Part shown: positions 11,887 through 21,442 of the stretch, one piece after another
How the letters are laid out: each line of letters opens with the position of its first letter
Numbering within the stretch: position 1 is the first letter of the stretch
From: an uncultured delta proteobacterium
Lineage (GTDB): Bacteria > Desulfobacterota > Desulfomonilia > UBA1062
Reading direction: 5' to 3'
Length of the DNA stretch: 64,000 nt
Assembly (NCBI GenBank): GCA_963785235.1
Contig: CAWAUM010000001.1
Span: 416,001 to 480,000 of the forward strand
Translations under genes and position numbers: made by a program
The notes under the pieces: generated by a model
Seen by the model: only the letters and a program-made list of their open reading frames with translations
Databases searched by the model: none
What the model was told of the DNA's origin: nothing

Positions 11887-12078
11887 ACCTTTACGTCCTT
11901 TTTGGTATGTATGGTTGCAGGTCTTGCACTGATACATGCAAAACCACGAGTAGCTATACATTTCTTTGAAGAATGGAATAAACCGCCTCATGCTCACGAA
12001 CAACCCCACTCGGAGGTAATTGCCTAGGGTCTTCAGCGACCGCCCAATACACTATATCCTCAGTGGAAAAACGTGGTT

Positions 12079-12106
12079 ATTATAAAGTGAATACCAGTAA
12101 TGTCAA
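12079..12106 (-). promoter_or_regulatory. Consensus sigma70 promoter upstream of the CsgG-like / Ig lipoprotein / beta-barrel genes
   Basis: Minus strand TTGACA (12106-12101), 16-nt spacer, TATAAT (12084-12079). Confidence 0.7.
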
Positions 12107-12203
12107 GTAGACCGTTGCCGGGCGCCTCGGCCTTTGTTTGTTGCCATGGATTTTATTTTTTCAGGTATAGTATGCGAGCAGGGTACTATTCTTTTTTTGT
12201 CAT

Positions 12204-15200
12204 TCAATACCCGAATTCATAAGCGCCCATATCCACAACGTCCCCCATGATACGGGGAATGCCTTCAAGGTCCGTATCAAGGATGCAAGGGGCATCATTG
12301 AACCCTTTGTTAATGCATGGTGAAACGCCGGACAGGTGGAAGTCACCATTTGCCGGGTCAATGAACCCGGGATCCTCGTCTATGCAGTGACTGCCCCATG
12401 GTGTCTCTGTGGAGCCCAGCTCGACATCGCTATAGTCGAGCGTTACTGTGGAGCTCAATCCGTATATCTGCTTGTTATAGGCCCCCCAGCTGTTTGACCA
12501 TACAATGGAGTTCCAGACCGATACCGTACTGCTTTCGCAATATATTCCACCTCCCTTGTAGCTTGCCTGATTCCCATAGACAGTACAGTTCGTTATTGCA
12601 GCATCAGTACTGTTCCAGATTCCTATGCCGCCCCCCCTGGTATCATACGATCCGGTATAAGCGGAATTATTGGTGAAGAGAGAATTGCTGATGCATATCT
12701 TAGGCCCTGTGCAACTGATCCCGCCGCCATTTCCGGCTGTGTTGCCTGTGAATACACTCCGTGAGATCGCTGTATCTGCAGACATACCGTAGATGCCCCC
12801 GCCGGTCCGGCTGGTGGATGCGGTGTTGTTTTCAAACAGGCAGTTTATGACCATAAGCCGTGAAGCATTATTGGAGTTGTTGATCCCGCCACCCTGGGAG
12901 GCATGATTATCCCTGAAGGTGCAGTTGGCAATGGTTAACGATGTTGCCATATTATTATTAGAGATCCCGCCGCCGGGACTTGATGGAGAGTACCCATTCC
13001 TTATAAAGAACCCGTCGATGATTACCGTGCTTGCTGCCCCTGAGAGGGAGAAGCACCTTACCAGGCCTTGCCCGTCCACATATACGGTGTTGTTGGTAAA
13101 GTTTCTCTGGGAGAGGTAATGCTCGGTTCCTTCGAACCCGCCATAGAGTGCCAGGTTCTTATTCACTTCGATCCTTCCGGTCAGGAGATATACCCCTTGT
13201 TTCACCCAGATCTGATCGCCGGGATTCGCCAGCGTTATGGCCTCCTGTATGCCGGGTACTGCCATGGGCCAGCTTCTGCCCGTGTTCCCTGCCTGGCCGT
13301 TTTCAGGGTCGACATATACGATATTCGCAGGCGACACAAAAGGTCCGGGATAACTGCCTGATGCGGGCAGCGGGCGCCCTGGCCGTGCATATCCGTGAAG
13401 GAAAGAATAGGTATGGGGTTCAGAGGTCAGTCGCAGTGCTGAAGGTATAGGTGCCGTTTGATGCCGAACCGGATGAAAGTGTCATGGGGTAAGGGGCATT
13501 GTCTATAAATACGGATGCACTGAGCGGGTTGTGCCCGTCTTGATCCGTGTAATGGACACTGAAGGTGAAGGAGGTGGCAGTTGTCCCATCGCCAGGATCG
13601 ACATGAGCCGTTTATCAGGGCAGGGGGATGGTACACTGTCGGGCCTGGCCAAGATCCTGAAGCCGGAGACCTGCCTGCATCGCCTAGACTGTCGGTGAAG
13701 GAGAAGTAATGAGGAATGGGTTCCGGGGGGTAATGTTCCCTGGTAAGTATAGGTGCCGTTTGACGTGGTTCCCGAAGAAAGGACCATGCTTCTGGGGGAA
13801 CCGTCTATGTATACGAATGCGGTTGAAGGGCTATTCCCGTCCTGGATCATAGTAGCCGATGCTGTAGGTGAATGTGGTTGCAGAGCAGTTCCTTCGCCCG
13901 GGCTTACACCCGGACTGTTGAGGCTGGGCGGAGTATTCACCGAGGTCCAGAAATGCGCCTGTTACGGGCAGCCTTGCCGAGCCTCCGTGTCCGTCGCTGA
14001 ACGAGAAAATAATAGGTGTGCGGTCCCGGGCCCAGGGATGTCCGGAAGGTATAGATGCCGTTGGAAGGAGACGCCCCGGAAGCAAAGGACATGTCATGGC
14101 CTATGCCGTCGATATATACAGACCCGCCCGAAGGAGCCTGTCCGTCCTGGTCATAGTAGTTGACGCTGTAGGTAAATGTTGTTGAAGTTGTTCCGGATCC
14201 AGGGTTCACCGATGCGCCGGTGAGCACCGGAGAATAGTTTACAAAAGGCCCGGCATACGTGTCAATGATCGGAAGCCTGGCTGAGGCCGATGCCGTCAGA
14301 GAAAGAGAAGTAATAGTTATGGGTCCCTGGGGATAGGGTGGTACTGAAGGTGTAGGTACCGTTCGATTCAGTGCCGGATGAGAGTGCCATGGCATGGGCT
14401 GTCCCGTCGATGTACACGTTCCTGGACGCTGGGCGGTCCCCATCCTGATCCGAGTAATGCACACTGTAGGTGAATGTGGTTGTCGTGGTCCCTTCAACAG
14501 GTGTTAGTAAAGGGTTGTCGATCACGGGGGGATGATTGTGCTCAGGGTCGGGTTGAATGGGAACCGTAGGTCCGGACAAGGTTCCGCTCGGAGGTGCCTG
14601 GGCAAAGCCTCCGTGCCCGTCAGCGAATGAGAAGTAATAGTTGTGTGGTCCAGACCCAAGGGTGGTGCTGTAGGTATAGGTGCCGTCCCACGCACTCCCG
14701 GAAAAGAGTTTCATAGAGTGCGGGGCGCCGTCAATGTACACCAAGGCAAGGGCAGCGGCGTGGCTGTCCTGGTCAGAATAATGGATGCTGTAGGTAAAGG
14801 TCGTCCCTGAGGGCCCCTCAGTCGGGCTTAGTTGGCCGTTATTGATTATCGGGTCATGGTTAACCGGGCCGGTCACCGTAAGCCCAAAGAGGATCCCGAG
14901 GAAGGCAGCCGTGCCGAGCCCCCATGACCGTCGGAGAAGGAATAGTAATACTTGTGAGGACCCAGCCGGCAGCTCGGTGCTGTAGGTATAGGTGCCGTCC
15001 CATGCGGTCTTGTCCGGCTGGAAAGGGTCATTGAGTGGGGGATGCCGTCAATATAAACATAGTGGGCTGTGGGGCTTTGCCCGTCCTGGTCGGTATAATG
15101 TACGCCGAAGGTGAAGGTGGTGTCTTCTCCTCCGGTATCAGGGCTCACCTCGGCCCTGCTCAGCACCGGTGCATGGTTTGCTTCGGAGATGATGGTGATG

Positions 15201-16006
15201 GTTACCTTTGCAGTATCCGTTCCGCCGTGGGCATCTTTCGCCTCATAGGTGAAGCTGTCGGTGGTGTCGTTCCCGCCATCGTGGGTATAGCGGAAGGTAC
15301 CGTCCGCATAGATTGTCAGCGAACCGTGGCTTGGCCCTGAGATGGGTGTCGTGTTCGCATACAGGCTCTGCGTGTCAGGGGCAAGGTCATTGTGCAGCAG
15401 GCTTGCATATCCGGAATCCAGAACGCTGACCGTACCCCCCCGGTTTACCGTGGCGGAGTCATTGAGAGCATCGAGGAGGACCTCTTCAGAGCTCAGGAGA
15501 TCGATCTCAATGACAGCCTCTGCCACCTTGCCGGCTATGACCGTGATGTTTGACTTTTTGCCCGTTAAAATGAGCCTTCCCTCATCGTTGTTGAGGTTGA
15601 CACGCACAGACCTGTTGGCTCCATGCTTCACCCTGGTGAGGGTCCCTTGGCCGGCATCACAGCTCCACGGACCTCCCCGGGCTATGAGGGCATTCTCCTC
15701 ATCGAATACCCGGGCCTCCACCACGGAGATGCCGAATTCGGCGCAGCGGTCCGAGATCCCTTTGTACAGGGGTGCGGCAGCAACTGAAGAAAGACTCGAT
15801 AAAGGAAGCTGCAGCGAAAGGGAGAGTGATCCTGTTTCAGGAGAAGGGTTATCACTGGAACTGCTGCAGGAGCACAGGATAAAAATGAAAAGGCACAGGA
15901 AATTACAAAGGTAATGATTCCGGCAGACATAGTTCTGGAATCCTTGAACCTGCCCATCACCGGGTGCTGAAGGGTATGTTGACCGGGTGCAGGTAGTTCC
16001 CTTCAT
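12204..16006 (-). CDS. Large surface lipoprotein: GGPWSCD domain, cadherin-like/Big_9 domain, six ~98-aa beta-sandwich repeats, C-terminal parallel beta-helix (pectin-lyase-like); many frameshifts, start uncertain
   Basis: Lipobox-like LCSC; LLHND..GPSHGSLTIYADGTFRYTHDG..DSFTY; repeats across ORFs 14873-16141, 14262-14876, 13937-14497, 13503-13940; GGGI/F..N repeats and GDFHL...SPCINKG..D..G.PR....VDMGAYEF in ORF 12204-13337. Confidence 0.72.
13400..15180 (-). repeat. Six degenerate tandem coding repeats of about 295 bp
   Basis: Unit consensus N.PP.L....V.P..G...TTFTYSVHY.DQDG..P....VYIDG..H.M.L.SG...NGTYTY...L..G.H.YYFSFSDG.G.SARLP; boundaries approximate. Confidence 0.8.
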
Positions 16007-16382
16007 GGTGTCTCTATTCCAATGTCTTCTCGCCATGTGGCCTATGTACCTTAATCTTTTTTGCCCTTTCCCTTGTGAGACCTCATTGCAAAAAGAGAAG
16101 CCGACAACCAGTTCAATGAATAAACAAAATGAGTATAGCATTCATGCGGTGTGATTGCGATACCCTATGAATCATGGGACATGAAGCAATATTCATGCAA
16201 GACGTATACACTAAATGATATTAACAGGTTAATGCTATTATGAAGAAGCATATCACGAAGCATTGGCAATAAGTTTCCTATTTTGAAGTAAAATAGTTCT
16301 CACACATGGTTATATTTTGAGTCTTGCAAAAAAAAATTAGGAGGCTATTTTTCAGGTAAATTTGCCGATCAATAATTGAGTT

Positions 16383-17468
16383 ATGGACAAGGTGAAAACA
16401 GACAGCAGGCTACAGCTCTGGAGCGTACTCTTGACGGTCCTTGTGGTGAGTGTGTTTGCCGGGGTAGCCATGCAGCTTTCAACCATAGTATCTTCCCATC
16501 CAAAGACATCCCTGAGTCATCCGGGGCCAAGCATGGGAAATGATCTCAGCTCCATCTTGCCCTCGGCAGGTATGAAGGGTATTGCAGGGCACAGGGCAAG
16601 GATTTCAGCGCATGACGGAAAGGTGAGACTTGATAAGGAAGTGATCTCACACCTGAAAGACCGGTACGGTAAGGGTTTGAACAGCCCTATGGTTCAGGTT
16701 CAGGTCATAGAACAGATTCAACAACTCCTGGAAACCCAATATCCCCAGAACTATCAGGAGAAGATGGGTGAGGCCATCAAGCTGGTGTTCCCGGATAATA
16801 CCGAAGGGCTCATGAGGATGTGGAGCAAGGTTGCCCGCTATGACCTGTGGCTCAAGGGAGCCTGGGCGACCCTGCTCACCAAGGGAGCTAAGGAGCGGGA
16901 AGGCATCATCCGGGGCAAGCGTAGCGAGATCTACGGCCCTGATGCGGATAAGATCTGGCCGGACAATCTGAAGGCAGAAACAATCAGTCAAGTCCTGAAA
17001 GGATTGAACAAGGTTAAAGGGGCCTCGTTGAAAGAAAAGCTGGCCTTTCTCAATGATAGTATCCACCAGGAATACGTCTCTGATGCCGATGGCTATATCA
17101 AGGATCATCAGCAGGACCTCATAAATCGTTTTTTCAAACTGGAGAGCGTTCAATCAGACCTTAAGAAGATGCAGCCTCAGGAGAGGAGGCAGAACTTGCG
17201 TGCCATACGTCAGGGCTTTGGGATGGACGAGGGTACCCTGGCGCACTGGGATAAGCTTGAAAAGGTCCGTGACGAGCGGTGGGAAAAGGGCGTGCTGTAC
17301 ATGAGGGACCGGCAGCAGGTCATGGATTCGGTTCCCGTAGAGCTTCGCGAGATCGTTCTTCATGAATTGAGGCAGAAATATTTCGGTAATGATGCTACAA
17401 CGGTGTCCGGCGAGGAGAAGGCCGGTTATTTCAGGTTCAAGGTCAAGAGGCTCTACGGGTTGAACTGA
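16383..17468 (+). CDS. Membrane-anchored alpha-helical protein, lipase-chaperone (Lif)-like C-terminus
   Basis: N-terminal TM segment, charged helical body, end DERWEKG..Y...RQQV.......LHELRQKYFG; the family resemblance is from memory only. Confidence 0.55.
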   Translation: MDKVKTDSRLQLWSVLLTVLVVSVFAGVAMQLSTIVSSHPKTSLSHPGPSMGNDLSSILPSAGMKGIAGHRARISAHDGKVRLDKEVISHLKDRYGKGLNSPMVQVQVIEQIQQLLETQYPQNYQEKMGEAIKLVFPDNTEGLMRMWSKVARYDLWLKGAWATLLTKGAKEREGIIRGKRSEIYGPDADKIWPDNLKAETISQVLKGLNKVKGASLKEKLAFLNDSIHQEYVSDADGYIKDHQQDLINRFFKLESVQSDLKKMQPQERRQNLRAIRQGFGMDEGTLAHWDKLEKVRDERWEKGVLYMRDRQQVMDSVPVELREIVLHELRQKYFGNDATTVSGEEKAGYFRFKVKRLYGLN

Positions 17469-17503
17469 ACCGGTCTCCTTAATCTGTTTCACTCATGCAT
17501 TTC

Positions 17504-18193
17504 TCAAGAGAAGTATTTTTTCCCATACAGCGCCTGGTCATAGTCTGCCCGGCGGGATGGACAGTTCTGCCTTGGGCACAGGGAGCAGTTCACAAAGTTT
17601 TCACCTCCGACATACTGGATTCCTGTGACGGACTTTAAAGGGTAAAGGAGCATGTGAGGACTCAGGCGGACCCCTACGGTCTTAGTGATCGATTCTAGCA
17701 GAGCGAAGAGTGGCCGCTGCTGAGACAGGGGCCAGTCTTCGAGTGATCCGGGGTTCATGCACGAGAGCTGTGCCGGGCTCACCTTGTCTTTCAGGTGCGC
17801 CTCCAGGGCCGCCATGGCCGAGCCCAGGGCCAGGAGCATGATGGTGTCAGCCCAGAATGCATGCAGTGTCCCGGTTATGGACCGTGCCCATTCCTCCAGC
17901 TCAGGGCCGCAGGTAGCGACAAATGGGTAGACAACCTTTGCGTCGGTCAGGTTAATGCGCAGCACACGACTGTCAAACCGGATCCCCTTGATGAGCACAT
18001 GTGCATCTCCCAGGGAATCCACCGTAGTAACCCTGAAGGCGGCCCTGGGACAGGCAACTGACAATGTCCGGGCGAGCATCCCGGAAAGCTCTCCGGCCAT
18101 CTTCGTGCCGGTCCGGACCTTGAGGATATGGCACAGGTCTTTTTCTTCGATGGTAAAAGGGATGTTATCGAGGATAATCGCGTCTTCGGTCAT
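17504..18193 (-). CDS. Stand-alone B12-dependent methionine synthase activation-domain-like protein
   Basis: FVATCG..LE, MNPGSLEDWPLSQQRPLF, LYPLKSVTGI, C-terminal CSLCPRQNCPSRR. Confidence 0.85.
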   Translation of the reverse strand: MTEDAIILDNIPFTIEEKDLCHILKVRTGTKMAGELSGMLARTLSVACPRAAFRVTTVDSLGDAHVLIKGIRFDSRVLRINLTDAKVVYPFVATCGPELEEWARSITGTLHAFWADTIMLLALGSAMAALEAHLKDKVSPAQLSCMNPGSLEDWPLSQQRPLFALLESITKTVGVRLSPHMLLYPLKSVTGIQYVGGENFVNCSLCPRQNCPSRRADYDQALYGKKYFS

Positions 18194-19772
18194 CTCATTA
18201 CTCCTGAAGGTATGGGGAACGTAGTGCAGCGGATAAATTCATCCTGGAAGCCGGGTTGAAGCGCCAGTTCCACCTCACGGACCTGATCTCTCAGAGTAGA
18301 CGCCCTGTTCATGAACAGGGCGTCTATACAGGCTGTCTCGGCTGCTTTCAGGCTTGTGTTGCCCAGAAATTGCCAGCGCGCATTCGGGAAGTCCGGCAGG
18401 AAACCCAGGGCCTTGAAATTTTCAAGGTTCAGGTGTTCGCCAAAGGCCCCGGCTATGAGCACCTGTTCGATTGCAAGCTGCATCCATGCCGGACTCCTTC
18501 AAAAGGATGCGGGAGGCGGCAAGGCCGGCAGCCTTGGCGAGCTGGAGGTTTCGTATGTCCCTCTGGGTGAAACGGATATCGCCTTCAAGCCTGAGTGTCT
18601 TCATGCCTTCAATTTCTTCGGCGGCAAGTGGGGAGGGCAGGAAAGAGCGCTTAAGGTCCTTACAAAAGGCACCGTCAGGCCGGATGATTTTCCGCCTCAA
18701 AAGGATAGCCGTCAGGTCCACGAGCGCAGTGCCTGAGATGCCGACAGGCTCTCCACTACCCATCATGGACAAGTCAAGACCTCCCGGGCCATCTTCCACT
18801 GCGGTTATGGCCCCGTCTTCGGCGGTCATACCCCAGGTGATGTTCATACCCTCCAGGGCCGGACCCATGGCACACGACGTTGCGAACAGCTCCTTGTTCC
18901 CGTTCATGACGAACAGCTCACCGTTGGTTCCGAGGTCCATGAAGAATGTGTTCTTTTCGATACCGGATCCACGGCACAGGGTAAGCCCGCCCATGAGGTC
19001 TCCGCCGATGAAGGCGCTGAGAACCGGCAGGGCAAGGATCCGTGCGCCCGGAAATGCTGGTGCGCCGATGTCCTCAGGGGTGAACCCGGTAAAGTCCCTT
19101 GTCTTCACCTTGTAGGGGTGTATTCCGAGCGGCACCACGTCGAGGCCGAAGAAAAGCGAGAGCATGGTCGTGTTCCCGGAGAACACGATGAGTTCACAGC
19201 AGCGAGCAGACATGCCGCATGTCTGAATGAACCGCAGCATGGCATTGAACACGGATGAGCGGATAAGATCGGATTGCCTGAGGGCTGTTGCCGGGTCGGA
19301 GCAGGCGGCGATGCGCGAGATCACGTCATGCCCGAACCGGCGCTGGGGGTTAAGGAACGAGTCTATGGGGAAGGTGTCATGGCTTTCAAGATCAATGAGC
19401 GAGACGCGGACCGTAGTGGTGCCGAGGTCGCAGGCCAGCCCGTAGCGGCTTTCCTTGGGAAGGCCTGGGCAGGGTTGCTGTTCCCGCTCAGCTTTCTCCT
19501 CCATGAAGACCTCGACATCGCCTTGTATCACTGCCTGGCATGCCAGGCGCATGCCGGGCATGCCATGCAGTGCCTTTGCTTCGATAGGGTTCTGTCCCGA
19601 AAGATCACCAGTTGCTTTTACCATGCATTTACCGCAGGTGCCCTTGCCTCCGCAGGGGGCTCTCACGGCAATGCCCATATCCATCAGGGCGTCAGCCAGC
19701 AGGGTCTGCCGGGTAAAAAGATGATGCCTGCCTGAAGGGATGAGCCTGAGCCTGCAACCGCTCACCGGGCAT
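18190..19772 (-). CDS. ASKHA/DUF4445 ATP-dependent reductive activator of corrinoid proteins (RACE) with N-terminal 2Fe-2S domain; frameshifts
   Basis: PCGGKGTCGKC, RLACQ, DLGTTT, NPQRRFGHDVISRI, GNTTM, FIGGD, DLGTNGE, GPALEG, TQRDIRNLQLAKAA, then IAGAFG and GNTSL in ORF 18190-18483. Confidence 0.9.
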
Positions 19773-20743
19773 CAACCCTTGAGGCTCAGTGCCGCTTCGA
19801 TGAAGGCATCCAGGTTTTCCGCAGGGGTTTCGGGTGGAAGGTCGCAGCCGGATGAAAGGATGAAACGCTCCCCTTTCATGGCAAGAACCAAACTCAAAAC
19901 CTTTTCCCTGACCATTCCGGGTGTGCCCTTGAGCATGACATCCACCGGGTCAATGTTGCCGAGCAGTGTCTTGGCCTTGAGCAGCGGTGTTTCATCGAGG
20001 ATTTTCCTGAAATCAACAGGCGCGTCAAGACTCAGGCCGAAGAGGTGCTCGGTCCCGGCAAAGGCCTCGCACAACCGGCTGGTGTCTCCGCATACATGCA
20101 TGATGGGCGAGGGGAGTTGCGAAGCTATGCCATCGAGATGGGTTCTGATGGAGTTTGTGAAGACCGCAGGCGGGAAGGCCATGATCTGCGGCTCGAGCAT
20201 GATGATGGCCTGTGCGCCTGCCTCAGCCAATGCCTTGGCATAGGGCGTGATGACAGCTGCACACCGATCAAGGATCCGTGCGAACCCCGGGGCATCCTTC
20301 AGGGCGGCCCTTATCAGTGCGGGCAGGCCCATGAGGTGGGCCGCCACCGTCACTGGTCCCACCACGAAGGCTGCCACCGGCTTGTTGGTCAGGCGGGTAA
20401 GATTTCTGACAGCCTTGATGCCCACCTGCATGGGAGGCGCATCATCGGGCTCAGGAAACCTGAGGCGGTCCACAGCATCGGCGTCTGTACAGATGTGGCC
20501 GGTTATCACCGGGACCCTGCCTTTGAACTCCCAGGGGCACCCGAGTGTACGCGCCTCCACCGAGGTGTCCATGAGCGGTGCTGCAATGTCGATGTCCGGG
20601 AAGCGTTTTAGGAAAGCTGCGAGCGCCTCGGCCTGGGTCTCGGGATTGTGGATGGCCTCCTCGGCCGGGACCCCGGCCAGGCGTATTCCCATGGAAGATG
20701 CAATGGGCGCGATGCAGGGGAAGGGGATGTCTTTTATGCCCAT
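19772..20743 (-). CDS. URO-D superfamily methyltransferase, MtaA/CmuA (MT2)-like
   Basis: VEARTLG, VVGPVT.A, Zn-type motif MHVCG plus ILSSGCDLPPETP, LLGNIDPV. Confidence 0.85.
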   Translation of the reverse strand: MGIKDIPFPCIAPIASSMGIRLAGVPAEEAIHNPETQAEALAAFLKRFPDIDIAAPLMDTSVEARTLGCPWEFKGRVPVITGHICTDADAVDRLRFPEPDDAPPMQVGIKAVRNLTRLTNKPVAAFVVGPVTVAAHLMGLPALIRAALKDAPGFARILDRCAAVITPYAKALAEAGAQAIIMLEPQIMAFPPAVFTNSIRTHLDGIASQLPSPIMHVCGDTSRLCEAFAGTEHLFGLSLDAPVDFRKILDETPLLKAKTLLGNIDPVDVMLKGTPGMVREKVLSLVLAMKGERFILSSGCDLPPETPAENLDAFIEAALSLKG

Positions 20744-20745
20744 GT

Positions 20746-21393
20746 TCACGCCGCCTTGCTGTAGGAGGTGAAGATCCGCAATGCATCGATGGCGGTCTCG
20801 CCGTAGGCGTCCGCCCCCATCTCACGGCACAGGGCCTCAGAGGTGCAGGCCCCTCCGATGACGATCTTCACGGCATCCCGCAGTCCCGCCTTTGCGCTCA
20901 TTTCCACCACGTCGCGGATGCTCCCCACCATGGTGGTGAGCAGGGCGGAGAGCCCTATGAACCGTGCCCCGGTGGCCTTGGCCGTTTCAATGATGCGCTG
21001 TGCAGGCACGTCCACCCCCAGGTCGATGACCTCGAACCCGTTGGCAGACAGGATCATGCCAACGATGTTCTTGCCGATCTCGTGAATGTCTCCGGCCACC
21101 GTTGCCAGGATAACCTTGCCGCGCAGGCTTGCTTCATCAGGGTTCATACGTGCCTTGAGAGCCGGCATGGCCTCCCGCACCACCTCGCCTGCCATGACGA
21201 GGTCTGCCAGGAAGTATTCACCCGACTCGAATTTTTTACCCACGATCTCAAGCCCTTTGCTGATGCCGTCCTGGATGATCTCCTCGGGCGCTAAGCCTTC
21301 TGCGAGGGCCTTCTCCACCAGGGGGATTATGGCATCGATATCCAGTTCGTCGATGGCCTTTACAATGGCTGCGATTGCATCCTTCATGGGCAT
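20746..21393 (-). CDS. Corrinoid (B12-binding) methyltransferase protein
   Basis: Cap domain (GKKFESGEYFLADL), DxHxxG motif GDIHEIGKNIV, DLGVDV, GLSALLTTM, IGGA, GADAY. Confidence 0.95.
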   Translation of the reverse strand: MPMKDAIAAIVKAIDELDIDAIIPLVEKALAEGLAPEEIIQDGISKGLEIVGKKFESGEYFLADLVMAGEVVREAMPALKARMNPDEASLRGKVILATVAGDIHEIGKNIVGMILSANGFEVIDLGVDVPAQRIIETAKATGARFIGLSALLTTMVGSIRDVVEMSAKAGLRDAVKIVIGGACTSEALCREMGADAYGETAIDALRIFTSYSKAA

Positions 21394-21442
21394 CTCTCCT
21401 CTCTTTTCATCATAAGGTTTGCGTATACAAAACCATGGCCTT

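Noticed and set aside
13400-15180. CRISPR array or DNA-level repeat element
   Set aside because: Units are about 295 bp, degenerate at the DNA level and conserved as protein; there is no repeat-spacer pattern or cas gene.
16185-16200. Sigma54-like promoter TTGCATGAATATTGCT on the minus strand
   Set aside because: The invariant GG at -24 is TG here, so support is insufficient.
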